DNA of 64,000 bases from Amoebophrya sp. A120 (GCA_905178155.1 CAJINV010000004.1:10957655-11021654); one strand, 5' to 3'. Shown: positions 49,980-63,380, counted from the first letter of the stretch. The notes: generated by a model from the sequence alone, not told the origin. Numbers and translations: made by a program.

Positions 49980-52900
49980 TCATGATCGGCCCTGTTCTAT
50001 CCGCTGCCATTTGTGCGTGAACGATTGAATGAGGTCGATAAGTTCGTTGGAGTAGTCGATGCCAGGTGATGACTCTTCAAATCGTAGCGTGACAGCTTTT
50101 TGGTAGCCGTAGTGATCTTCTTCGGCGGATCCGCGTTCCTTACGCACGGTGAGTGGCTTCCCCGAAAATCGTGCGCACTTCTCAAAAAGCTGCGCGAACA
50201 GGACCCGGTACAGCTCGCCACCCTGCGGTAGATCGTGGTTCAAGCTCCACGAAAACGTGTTGCGAAACTGTTCCAGCGAGGTGATTGCGTTTACCCCTTC
50301 CACGCGGCCGTCGTCCTCGTTGTAAAAACCAAGAAGCAGGCCATCCGTACCACCACACGCGAGCTTGTTGTACTGCCGGTACGCGTTGGCACCAAAGAAA
50401 ATCCTCGAATTCAATTTCTTGTCCTTCCAGCCGTGATCGGCGGCCTCGCGAAATTTTTTGTTGGACTTTCGCACAACCGCGTACAGCGTCTTTCCGTTCT
50501 GTTGCAGCTGTTTTCCGTGCCGTAGGTAGCTACCGCCACCGTAAAGGAGAAAGCTCGGATCATTTTTGTGTGGTTGACAGGGAAAGACCGGTAGGAAGCA
50601 GCTCAACGACGGGACGCGGCGGAGCGTACAGGTTATGCTCGTAGTAGACGTAGACGTAGTATTGCATAATTTCGCATGATTGGCATTGCGCATCACCCCT
50701 TCCTGATCTCTGGAGAGAGGCGCGCAGGTGGCAGTTGGTGTAGATCTAGATGATGTGACATGCTGGATAAATCGCTTTCCCGCCAGAATTCTCTCCTCTG
50801 ACTTGCGCAAAATTTCGCGGGCCCCCTCCACGCCATGCTGGGTGACGCGCTCGGGGAATTCCTCTTCGATCTTTCGCCAGAGCAGCATAACACGCACGTC
50901 AGGGTCGTAATACGCCTGAAAACTGAAGTCGGGAAACCGATCGTGCACGTAGGTCGTATGCAACAATCCGAGCAAGTACAGCAGACCGGAGCTGACGACG
51001 ACCACAGGTTCAGCATCCCGACGGAAGCCGAGGCATTTCCTGAGACAAACGGGAGATTCCATCATCATGCGGAGCGGAGCATCGATAGCTTCCCGAACCA
51101 CTCGCTCAAAAACTTCTGTATTTTCACGACTGCTCACTCCCTCGGCGCTGCAGTCCGGACTTTCAGTAGGCGGCGTAGCAGCGTTCAGGTTCGCAGTAGC
51201 CCATGTCTCGAGGCTGGACAAATCTACTTCTGCTCTTGCACTTTTGCCAGCAACTGTGTCCGTGACCAGGTCTAGGTCATCGATGATAACGTAGCGCTGA
51301 CTTGTTGCAATTTGGCGCTGCCTTCTCCCGTCTCGAAGCAGGGAGATATCGTCATGATCCTCTGGTGGTTCAATGGGGAGCTCGTAGTGATGTAAGACGA
51401 TTTGCGTGCCAGCTTTGTTTCTCATCTCTCCCGCCGCGTCGGTTCGCAAGATCTGCCTTGTTACAACCTTGCCCTGTTCATGTTCTACGACCGCAAACTT
51501 GCCCGCGCCTTTACTTTTCACGCGCGGCTCCTCTTTGCCTTTTTGTGGACGTCGCCAAATAGTCACAGGGTCGAAGCCGGGGAGTGGTGGTCTTTCAGGA
51601 TAAAGCAGCTCTGGAATTGGATCACCTTCAGGAGGAGCTGCAGCTGGAGTGTTACTTTTGGACTCGCCCTGGAGATCAAGTTCAGGCAAAGGGCTCATTG
51701 AATAATCACGGCTACCTGGTGTACTCTTCGTGGCGGAAGATGATCCTGGACTAGGTGCTGCAGTGAGGGGCTCGGTGTTTGAGATTTTGCAGCGCCCTGC
51801 ATCCCCCGCACCCCGGATGCGGACGACCGGCGACGACATTAAATCAGATTTTTCTGCTGAAATCTGAACCGATTCGGCCTCGGCGAACACAAGACCATGC
51901 TCCCCTGCTGGAAAAATAGCTGACAGTCGTGCCACCTGTTCCTCGTACATCTTCGTGTTGGATTTTTTACCGGCGCTGTCATCTTGATCATCATGAACCA
52001 GCGGTCCCGATAGCGATTGCATGAACACCTGGGAGGATGAGGCGGCTTGAGTTGGTTCTGCTTCTGTTTCTTCTCGCTTGTCATCGTTTTTATCGTTCCC
52101 TTTTGGCGTTTCGGATGCCTTGCTTTTCTCGTTGTCGGCCGATGACGATGAGGATGACTGCTGCTTCTTGCAGGCATTTTTTTTGTTTTTCTTATTATTG
52201 CCGTCATTCTTATTTTTCACTTTTACATTTTCTGTGGCGGCGAAAGGTTCAATATTGCATTTCTTATTTGCTTTCTTCCCGTTTGGGTTTGTCTTCCTCT
52301 TCTTTTTTAAACTCGGGAACCTGGTGCCGGAACTACCTTCTGCGACGCCATACGTTCTCGCTTCAACGCCCTTTAGAACTTCATGGTCAGTTGCTGGAGC
52401 CGCAGCTTTGTTCTTGCTAACCTTTTTATTCTTCGTTTTATTTTTATTAGTCGCTGTCGCGGCACCAGGAGCCACACCTGCTCCCTTGTCCGGACCGGCG
52501 CAGCCCATTACCTGCCTAATTTCGTCGTGCTGCAGCTTCGCACGCCCTTTTGGATCGTACTTGCTCTGGAAGTCTTTCGCGTCGCCCGAAATCTCCACGT
52601 ACACCTCCCCGCCCGGGTTGCACTTCTTTAGCAACGCCGTCCGGCGGTTGTCCAGAGCGTAGAAGCGCGTCCGCCACACCGCCCGGGGTTCTCCTTCCGA
52701 GCCATCTTGGAGAATCGGGCGAAGGTACTCACACTCCAACATCCTGTAAACTTTGATACAAGTGAAACGCTTCTCGAAGTTTTCGGGCCTTAGGTCCTCG
52801 GGGCAATACCGGATGATCTCCTCCACTTGTTGATCAACCGAGGCGCCGGACCGCATCTCCGTTGAAATGCTGGCTTGTGTAAACTCGATTTTCCACACTG

Positions 52901-55900
52901 GAAGCAAACACCGGGTCCCGACGGCATAATCGTGTTCGGGTGCCTTGTCTTCCGAGAGGCACCCGTGGTTTAGCCACTCTTTGGTCAGCTCCAGGGCACA
53001 CCACCTGCACTCCGACTTTTCTCGGGCGCAGGGAAGACCGCACACCCGCGCGCACGGATGGCCACACTCAGGAAGGACTTTTTTGCAAGGCGCGCGACAC
53101 ACGAATTCCGATGGCGACATGGCACACACGCGTTTCCCGACGGTGTAACACTCACTACACTCCTGGTCCACCTCTTTCAGGCACAGAAAGTCGGTCTCGA
53201 GCTGCTCCGGGGTCGGCGGCATGCCACACTGGTAGTGCTTGACGAATGCGCCACAGCTGCCGCAGTTAAACGGCTGCAAAGCGGGGCATACATATTTCCG
53301 CACCCCACATTGTTTATCGCCCACAAGGCCGCACTCGCCGCAGGTATGCGGATACACGGCCTGGCAAACGAAAGAACCACCCGGGGCACTGCAAAGCTTT
53401 TTCGCCACTTCTCCGCAATCGACACAGGTATGATCGATCTCATGCGTACATGGCTGCTGTGGGGCTGTCTCGCTGCAGACACGCTTCACCGTTGCAACGC
53501 CGCAGTCGCGGCAAAGCTCTTCCAAAACGGCGGGACAGCGGTACTCCGCCTCCGGAACCTCACAGGGCCTCTGACTTTCGTGACCGCATGCGGCGCAGTG
53601 GTATGGCAGCTTCCTTCTGCACCGGTCCCGGGGCTGCGCTTCACTGCACACGCGAACAAGCGCGCCTTCTCCGCAGCGGGCGCACGGTTCGCATACTTCC
53701 TCCTGGCACGGTGTCTCTGCGAGATCCTCGAGTAGTTGTTCGAATTCGACCGTGTTCGTCTTATCCAGAGCATAGCATCTCTTCTCGAATAGGTGTCCAC
53801 AGTCTTTGCGAACGCAAGTTGTCTGCTGCAAACACTGCGCGATCTCATCTTCGTGGCAACGCCGGGTGTAGTGGTGGTCGCCATTCCTGCAGGTGTAGTG
53901 GTACGTGGCTGAGCAAGTTTTGGCGACCTCGCGCTCCGTTTCGAAACAAAGCCGGGACAAGGGCGTGCGTCGTTCCTTACAGGCCTGCTTCTGTACTGGA
54001 TCGGAAAACAGGTCATCGTCCCTGCAGCGTCCGCAGTCAAAGTTCACGATTGACCTGCATTTAGCGTTCCCTTGCTCGTAGCAGAACGCCGTCCACGCCG
54101 GGTGATCTGCAATCCCGTTTGGACACTCCACCACTACAGGCTCGCGGCAGAGGTTTGCAGGACAGAGCCCCGGGTGGCACTGCTGCTTGCAGGTGTGCTG
54201 GCACGCGGACAGCGTTTTTCCACAGGTCTCTCGACATTGGAACGCCCCCAGTGCCCAGTCTGCCGCGGTGGTGCAGACCAGTCCACCGTTCTCCGGGTGC
54301 CGCTCACAGTGTAGTTCCAGTTTTTTGCTGACGAGTTTTCCTTCGTCCAAATCCGCAAACAGGTTTTTGAAAACGGCATTTGGCACCGGACGAGTTTTGT
54401 CGAAAAGCCTTTCATGCGTTTTGCGGTCCTTTCCACTGACCGGGTAGTCCGTTTCGAGACAGGCGCGGTCGCCGATGAGAAATAATCCACACCTCGCGCG
54501 AGTGAGCGCGACGTTAAGTCGCTGCGGTCCAGAGTCTGCCTTTTTCAGAAAGCCGCAGTCATGATTGTCGTTGGATCGGCAAAAGCTGACGATCACGTAG
54601 TCTCGCTGGTCGCCCTGAAAATTGTCGACTGAATCTACCGCGACATCCTCCAGCTTGCTGTAGCTCACCGTTCGGCCTTTTTCGTCCTTCGTATAGGCAG
54701 CTGGGCCGCCGGATTTGGATAAGGGATTTCGGCCCTTGTCCAGGAGTTCAGAGACGAGTGCGTTTTTCTTGGGCAGGGGCTGTTTCAAAAAGGCCTCGAC
54801 ACCAAAGTTTTCGGATCTCTTGATCAGATCGCGTATCAATCGCGCCTGGCCTTTATACATGGCAAGCACTCCGATTTTTTCCGGTGGCACCCCATTGTAG
54901 ACGAGGTTCTGGGCGATACCAACCGCTCGCTGTGCCTCCTCTCCGTTGGTTACGCTCCTCTCCTTGACCTCGCGGTACAAGGAGCCCGTGTCCCAGAAGT
55001 GCACTCTATTTGCGAGGCCGGGGAACTTCTCCAGTGCACCCACTACCGCTTCGTGGTTTTCGAGTTGCGGGTATGTGTGTCGGCTGAGTCTACTGATGTC
55101 CGGATGCATGCGGCTCTGGCGCATCAGAGTCTTGTAATAGGTTTATTAGTGTCTGGCGCCAGCCAAGGGAGTACAGCGCAACTTTCCAAGGGAGTCAAGG
55201 GAGTAAGTTAAAAAAGCAGTCGCGCGCGCCAATGCGATCGGCATAAGTATAGCAAAAATTCTTCGCGGCGCGCGCTGCGCGCGCGCGGCTCGACATCTGT
55301 GCGCACATCACAAAAATTTTTCGGGCCGCGCGCTGCGCGCGCGCGGCGAGGCACGTGCAGCATGTAGGACATGCGCCCACGTGTGGGAATGTTGCGACGC
55401 ATCAATGCGAAGCATCAATGCGAAGCATCAATGCGAAGCATCAGTGCGAAGCATCAATGCGAAGCAGGCTAGAAAGATATGCCACGCGTGTGAGCTTCAA
55501 ACTTACGGCGCGTTCTGACGGCCACTGCAACTCTTTCCCGATTGGAGAAAGTCGAAGTGGCCGCTTCAACATTTCCACTGCGTTCGTATTCTCTGTTCGG
55601 CATGACGTTGAATCTGGTCACGCAGAACCTCGCGCGAAAGATCTCGACAAGCAAACTGCTGAAGTGGCTGCCTCAACTTCCCCTGGACAGCGGAAACTTG
55701 ACATGGCCACGGCAACAGTTTACGCGTTCCTTCGGCTCCACGCTCTATGTTGCCAGGCAGAGGCCCGGCCGCCCCGGCGACTTCTGTTGACGGGGGCGAC
55801 TCTAGAAGCCCTCACCTTCTTCAAGAGGCCAGGGCCTTCGTCAGCGAGCTAATGCCTAAACGCGGCCAAACCGCGGGCCGCAGCGGGGGGGGGGGGGCAG

Positions 55901-58900
55901 CAGGGCCCAAACCGGTGCCCGGTAAGTGCGCCCATAGCATGCATTTTTGCGATGATTTTAGGGGAGGCAATTTGTGCAAGTTTTATCTTCCTCCCTTGGC
56001 TCCCTTGACTCCCTTCGAAGTTTCACTCCCTTGCCTATAAAATACTCTATTGTAAGGGTAGCCGTTGTTGATCAGTCGTTCCATCAAGGACGTGCCGAAG
56101 TCAAAATGCTCCTTGAGTTCAAAGGTGTCGGGATTGGGCGGCAGCTGCAGCGGGTCCCCGATCATCACAAGGTGCCGCGCAGTGCGGGGGATGCAGGCAA
56201 TCTGCTTGCTCTCCAGCAACTCCCCCGCCTCTTCGAAGAAAACCACATCAACGTTGCACTGCTCCAGGAGCTCATTCTGAATGCATGCTCCATCAATCGT
56301 CATAGACAGGACGGGTTGTTTGCATTTGTCTGCCATCACCGCCAGTTTCTCCAACTGATCCCTACGCCGGTGCGTATTCGCGATGTTTTGCAAGTCGGAT
56401 TCCATTTTTGCGATCGCGTCTTGGCGAGCCTCCGCTGCCCTTTCGAGGACTACATGCACGAAGCGACAGCGGTCGTCGTCGTTCAGCCGCCATAAGTCCT
56501 CTTGCGTTAGAAGCTGATCTTTCACCTGCGCGTTGCCTTTCAGGCGACCAGAATTCGCAACTTCTGGAAGAAGGCTCACGGCGCGAGTTTCCGGATGCTT
56601 TGCGCATCGACCGCGATCTCCTGGACGTGCTATCTCGTTAATCTTCACAGCCCGCTCGTCCTTGTGGATTTTCTTTACTTGGTCATATTCAACCTCGGCA
56701 AGGGCTTCCTGCAGCAAGACAGCACGATCCAACACTGCATCGTCGTCGTCAGAGGATAAAGCGTCGTCCGCGTCTCCAGAACCCAGTGCCGTACCGGTAC
56801 CAGCTTCGAAGGGGTTAGGACCCTGCTGGGCGACCGCTCTAGCAACTACGGACGGGTCGTCTGAAAACAGGACCGGGCCGCGCAGGTGCTCTACCAAGTT
56901 TTGGTGGCAGCGTGCCGGCGGCACCCAGTCGACCACCACTTGGCAGAACACAGGCTGGAGCAAGTGTGGCAGGAGATCTGCAAGTAGCCTGTAGACCAAC
57001 TGTTGTGCCTGCTGCATGTTCTCTTCAGACATCTGCGTTTCGAAAAGCGGGTCGTTCAGCTGCCACAGATTGCAAAATCGAATCAACGTTTCCAGCGTCG
57101 GCATGGGCCACGCCTTTTGGCGAAAAACATCTCGAATGTAGGTCAGCACGGGGATAGCTTGCTTCTGCAGAAAAGTAGCAGCTCGGGTCTCACACTCATT
57201 TGGCGTCGGATCCTGTCCTGCGCGGGTATGACGTCGCGCCCGGGTCGTCAATTTGTCCGCGGCCCAGGTTTGCAGCAGGGAAACAAGCTGGGCCAGGTTC
57301 AGAACGGCAGCAAGCAGTCTCGGTGAAAACTCAATTCTCTCCTCAGCCTTAAACCTGTCGTGTCAGACGAATGAAGCAGCGAAATATTGACAGACGTTGA
57401 TACTGTCTGTCAATGTAAAAAACCAAAAGTCAAAACATCAAAATTAATATAAAAGAGGTGATCTTGTTCTACTTGGATAGATCTTCAACATTTAATGCAA
57501 AAGATGTTGATGTAGTCGTACCGCCTCCGGATTTCCTTGACGTTGTGCGCGAATTCGTCTCGAAAATCCTCGGACGAGGAGTGGAGCTCCCATGCAGAAG
57601 AATACTTTTTGTCGTGGCGGCTTCTGAGTACCAGGCTTTGGAGGGTGTGCTCTCGCAGTTTAGCCGCAGAGGAACGCCCGCCGACGCGGACGACTGGAAC
57701 TTTGTGCTCCAGCACATCTAGGGAGAACTCGTCCGTGGCGTGATTCTTGTACGAAAGCACAAGTTGAGTGAACCCCTTCGGGCGTTCGCTTCCCGGTTCC
57801 CACTCAGAATTTGAAGCGCGGTCCCCCTTCATCATCATCCTGCGCAAAATGAGGACGATTCGCACTGCCAAGAAGGTCTTTCCTGTACCCGGCGCACCTT
57901 TGATCACGGTGACGGAGTGCGTCAGCGCATGTGCAATGGCTTCTAACTGCTCACGGTGAAGCTCGGACGAGCTAAGCCAACTCATTTGTTTGTCAACATC
58001 TGTGTGAAAAACGGCAAGCGTATGCACTGCTTCGAGAAACTCGCGAAGGGAGACGACGTTGTCGGCTTCCCAGAGAAGTCGCGAATGCGGCCACGCTTTC
58101 ATTTCGTCCGTGACTTTGACCTTCATGACGAGTTCCCGAGGAAATTTTGCTTCGAGAGGATACAAAACTTCAAGCTCATCATCTGGAACACCGGTGCCAA
58201 TCCGGCACCTAGAAGCAATAGCTCGAGGAAGGCCCGGGTCGAGGTCTGATGGTGGTTGGCAGTGCACCAGCGTATCCTGAAAAGGTACAGCATCCTTTGC
58301 GACGAGGTTGCGAAGCACTGGTCCGCAGGCAGGATAGAATCCCGGATTCTCAACGAGCCGGATCGTCGCTCCGCATTCGGTGGAGCCTCCTGTTGTGTGG
58401 GCATTAAGCATCGCACGAATTTGCGCATAGACACCAGCTTCGCTCGGCCAGCCGTCATGGCGGTGGCTGGTACGCCCTCCAATAACACTGCTGCTCTGGA
58501 AGCCGCTGTTCGCATCTGCAACGGGTAGCGCAACGAAGACGTGCTGCTCTCGCAGCTGTGCGTCGTCTTTCAGAACGACGGTCAGGTAGAGCAAGCCGCT
58601 CTGATTTGTGAACGAGCCGTCAAGGCTGCACGCAAGCAGCGTTCCCGCCATTAGACCCCGTGCAGCCCAAGACTTCGCAAGTTTTGCTTTCGCGTCTGCG
58701 TACAGTGGGTAGTCCGGTTGAACGCTGGAAAACGCGAGCCCGATTTCTCCCTTGTGCGGCCCACTTTGCAATGGGTAGTAGCCCGCGAAGGCCGCACGAT
58801 AAACCTTGGCTTCCAAAAAATTAAGCTTTTTTACGCCGGCGTCTCCGTTAACCAGATCGATGACTCGCTCGACTTGCCGACACAGCCCACTGTACGCTTC

Positions 58901-60982
58901 AGCACGAAAGAGCCGGGAGTACACGCTCATGTAGTGATCTTCGTCGTCGTACGGAAGCGCCTTCAAAACACGGGAGTTTTGCAGGTCCCGGAAAATTGCG
59001 GTACCGTCCCGAAGTTCTCGCAAACTTGGTTTGCGACTGGCGAGCTCCTTCCACGAAAAACCGAAGCACTCCATCTGAAACAGGCTGTCCTCGTTGTCAG
59101 CAGCAGTGTCTTCAAAGTGTTTGCCGTGCTTCTCGTCCGCTCCCGATCTATTTCGTGGACGCCCTTCCGCGATGTTCACTTTCGCTTGCTGCAGCAGGAT
59201 TTCGTGGTAGATCTTGTTAATCGCCGACCCATCTTCGATATGGGAGCTTCGCAGTTTCTCGAGTGCCGGAGCCACGAAATTTTGCAACAGAGTTGCATTC
59301 CGCGAACACAACTTTAGAACGGGAGTGAGCGCTTCGTCAAGAATGGACTGCGCTGTCCGCGCGCCGGAAGCGCACGACATGATGGTAGTGATAAAGAATC
59401 CAAGCCGTTCTTTGTGCCCACACAGCTTGCCCGACGGTGTGTGCTTGTTTGGTAAAAAGAAATCTCGTTTGCGATGGCGAAAGGGTTGATCTCCATCCGA
59501 TTGCGACGGTAGTCCAGACTCATCTCGATTCTCCAACGATGAGCCTTTCGAAAAGTAGCAGCGACTGATGGACAGGATGAGGTGCTCAATTTTTCTGGTT
59601 GTAGATTTATCTTCATCAGACGACCCGCACCCCACTGCAGAATCGTGGCACCCAGTGGAAGACGCGACATCTGACATCGCGCACGTCCGAAGGACTAGCA
59701 AAATTGCTTGGCCCAAGTCTGCACTCGAGGATGAGGAGCGGGCACCAGAGGAACAAGAAGAAGAAGAAGAAGTGATGAAAGCCACAAAAGCCGACTCGAG
59801 CATGGCTCCGATCTCTCTTGCACAAAGGTTCCAGAAGGGAAGGCGAGCGCTTGTTTTCCAATGGTGCGACGGCCACATCACTTCTGTCCGCGAGGACACG
59901 CCGGATGAAGTAGAAGCACGGTTGGAGACGGTGGTAGTTCTACTTCTAGTTGCCGACATTGCAGCACATGACAATTGCTTGACACCGCGCGTTTGAAGGC
60001 TCGCCGTCGAGGTCAGTGAAAAAGCCGAATCGCGACGTCTATTTTTCGATCTGGTCGTCGCTGCACCGCTCCCGGTGGCATAATACTTGACGCGGACCCA
60101 CTGTGCTCTCGCCTTTCGGCGACCACTCGAATCTTGTTCCGCCAGTGCCTTTGACCGCTGCGCGATCTGGAGCTCCACGACGTCGTCTTTGGCGAGCTGG
60201 AGATCAAAGTCCGAGCTCCTCACGTCGGTGCAATAGAAAATGACGTCCTGTTGCAGGTTGGCATCTGCAACGCGAATGAAACCGTAATAACTGCGCTCCG
60301 CCACCTCCTCCTCTCGCAGTGCTGCCGCCACCACTTGCGCCTCTTCGTCGAAATCAAAATTCAAATTTTCATTCAGAAGACGACGCGCGTCTTCATCGTC
60401 AGAACCGCTTTTGGCACTAGTAGAGCTATCAGCATTGGCATTTGATGCTGCGAGCTGGAGCTCCTGCTGCTTCTTTTCTCGTTCTCGGCGCTGTTCCCGC
60501 AAGCGTTCCAGAGCTTTCGCTCCATTCGGAATTATGGTCGTCACCGTCCCGGTGAGGGTAGTGGCCATGACCACTCCCATATCAAGATTGGCGTCTGCAC
60601 CTAGGTCAAAATTTAGCATTGGTGCCTGCGCCGCTGCAATCTTCGGGCTCGTATGCGTTCCTTGCACCGCGGCGCCATGGTCTGGCGTTTTCCCCCTGTG
60701 ATTCAGCGTTCTTGAAGGTTGTGCTCCTCGGGGCACAAACGAGGAGTTCGACCAGGAGGGAATCCGCGAATCCTCGGATCCACTGTCCTCATCTTGTAGA
60801 TCCCCCGAACTGCCTTCCATGTCCGATGTTGATTCACCTCCGGTATTCATATCAACCTTTCCTTCGGACTCGTCCGAATCAGGGCCAGTCATATCTGCGC
60901 TTGTGTCCTCCGAGGACGACGACGCATCATGCTCGGACGGAGCATCGCGGTCGCCCGACTTTAGCGGTGCGTAGCGGGACAT
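49980..60982 (-). CDS. ZNFX1-like UPF1-family SF1 RNA helicase with NFX1-type zinc fingers, ~3,305 aa; exons 60982-57522, 57354-56056, 55137-49980
   Basis: GAPGTGKT, LSYKNHATDEF, FEEAGE, IGDPLQLPP, SLMERL, QSRMHPDIS, VDNFQGDQRDYVIVSFCRSN, RLNVALTRAR; C..CGH.C...CH repeats; GT-AG intron 57355-57521. Confidence 0.88.
55138..56049. mobile_element. 912-bp non-autonomous TIR element inside the helicase core (long introner)
   Basis: tag...cta ends; flanking direct repeat ttgtaa; subterminal inverted arrays of caagggag; 918 nt removed gives NNGYPY|KTLMRQSRMHP. Confidence 0.9.
55399..55466 (+). repeat. 13-bp tandem repeat (gcatcaatgcgaa) x5
   Basis: Directly visible; one copy has an a>g change. Confidence 0.95.
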
Positions 60983-62196
60983 GGCTTCAAACGCTACGCA
61001 AGATTTATCTTCTCGGTGATAGGACCACCCTTCTGGGTCATAGGACCACCGACAACATCAATCACGAGGGAGAATAGTAAAAAGGCAAACGTTGTGGCGC
61101 TGTGTCAGAAGCGAAATGACAATGAATAGCATGAACATCATAGAAAAGTAAAGGAGCAACCAACGCGAACGCTTCTGGGAAAGCGGATCCACGACACCGT
61201 CGTCCACGTACAAGAGCCAGTTTTGTTCATCTTGTTTCTCTTCGAAGATCATCATGAACTACAAGAAGTGCCGCCAGAAGCAAAACGGAGCAAGTAGCGC
61301 GGCATGCGTGTTCCTGGTCCTGCACATAGGTATTCACTTGCTGTACTAGAAGGGCAGCTACTAGAAAGCAACACAATTTTGTCAACTTTTGGGGCATTGA
61401 GTCGCTTTGCAGCTTTATCCATTGCAATTGGACATCATCTACATGACCCTCGTGTTTGTTGAAGATAATTCGACAGGAACATGTACACGAGGACCACCTT
61501 TGAAGCTGTTCTTTGGATCATGGGCACGATAGGATACGGAAAGGGAAACGGATTTAAGAAGAGAAGATCCTCATCCTGCTCCCATCCATATTTATCGTCG
61601 TCCTCTAGGACAGCAGCTTCAGCACCAGCCAGATCGGTGCGGGCATCTAGATCAGCGACAAAGGAGAGCTGCGTACTACGCCACTCATCAATTATATTGA
61701 GTACCTTCTAGTGGTAGTGCGCCTTGAGCGAAGTCGTGCTACAGAGTATGTGCCATCAAAAAATGCGACTCAAACCAAAGCAAGACCACCAACATTAAGA
61801 ACAGTTGTGAGTAACGGGTTGATCGTGTCCTTAGAAAGGGCTCCAAAAATAACCTGCCCTATGTGGACAAAACTTGTCGTTCAAAATACTTAAATGATGT
61901 AGTGGCTGACGATTATCCTCTCGCGACACCGCCGCGGCGACAAAATTTGTCGTGGGCCGCGATGCCGGCAGACGCAGGGCAGGGGAGGTGTAGTGTACAT
62001 CGAAATCAATCAGCCCGTCCTGGAAATGGCAGATGCCTTTTGCGCTTGCCGAGATCTCGATAATTTCAGTCTTTTCTTTTTTTTGATAGCAGGAGCAGGA
62101 ACAGGATCGTCCGGATCGTGTACAACATATTTTTGATGATCATTTTCCTAGCCTCTTGTCTTCTCACAACTCTTGAAACCGCTTTTCTTTCCAGAA

Positions 62197-63380
62197 TCAA
62201 AACCCGTCCATTTCGTAGGCGAGGGTGAGTTTTTGGTTCGCGGGTCGGTAGGTGACGGTCATGCCCTTCACGGTGTATTGGGCGTACATGCTGCCGCCGG
62301 ACAGTTTGGTGCTACCGAAGGCCGTGCAGCAGTCACCGTAGTTTAGGTCGCCCACCACCGCGCGGGTGTTTTCCGTAAACACGGGGGGGTCTATTTTGTC
62401 GCGGGCGATGGCGTCCGCGAACAAGTACTTGAAGTCCGCCAGGGTAATGTTCATGTAAGACGCGGCTCCGTCGGGCACATACCTCGTTAGAGCGAGTGTG
62501 AAGATGCAGACAACACCAAGCACGTACGCAATAAATAAGGTTACTGCGAAAAATCCATGCAGCAGAATCAGAATTTAAATTTTCTATTCATCGGCATCAC
62601 GGCCTGTTCTTCTCAATAGATACCAGTGCTTGTAGCCGCCTTTCTTCGAGCACACAATCTTCAGACGGCTTTTGATGTCGTCGCCGATCTCCTTGCGCAG
62701 GGCCCTCCCGCGCTGCGCGTCCGCCTTCTCCTGTTCCTTAGCCTGTTTCTGCTGTTCCTTCGCAGCCCGCTTCGCCTCCTTGTCCGCCGCCTTGTCGGCG
62801 GCTTTTTTTTCCGCCTTGGCCTGTGTCGTTGTGGTTTTGCGTTTCAGAAAGTTATTGTGTCGCAGAGCCAGCCAAAACGCAAAACCATGGGGTTCTGTTG
62901 AATCTTGCGAGCAGCTTTCATCATAGCTACTAGGTAACAGCGGCCAAACAAAGTTTGAGTTTGAGTTGGTGGGCGGAGCCAATGCATATGCAAATCATTT
63001 GACAAAAGTTGAAATGATGGGGTACCGCCGGAAACAACATCATAGTTATAAGCTTAATCAAAATTAATGATTATAATGATAGCGCTATGAAAAACAAAAA
63101 CCAAAACCTGCTTCGCAGCTAGCTGCTCTGCTGTGGGCTCTTTTTTCTGGCGCTTCGCCTTGGGCTTTTTGTCCGATGGCTGGTCTGCTGGCCGCTTGTT
63201 CCCCGGCGCCACGCCGGTGACAGCGGTCGAAGCAAGCGGACCATCGTGCTCTAGCAGCGCAGCGTCCTCTTGCTTCTTTACGACCGAAGAGACCAACTCA
63301 CCAAAAGGCACAGCGCCAGAACCTTCCAGCACTGGTCCTTGACCTTGAGATGAAGAGGCCGGCCCTCGCAACTCCGGCAT
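62197..63380 (-). CDS. Hypothetical 251-aa protein with a K/A-rich helix and a small C-terminal globular domain; exons 63380-63108, 62820-62624, 62482-62197
   Basis: Three ORFs join in frame through two GT-AG introns. Confidence 0.7.

Noticed and set aside
57385-57415. Hairpin attgacagac...tctgtcaat inside an intron as another introner
   Set aside because: It lies within a canonical GT-AG intron and has no TA ends or TSD.
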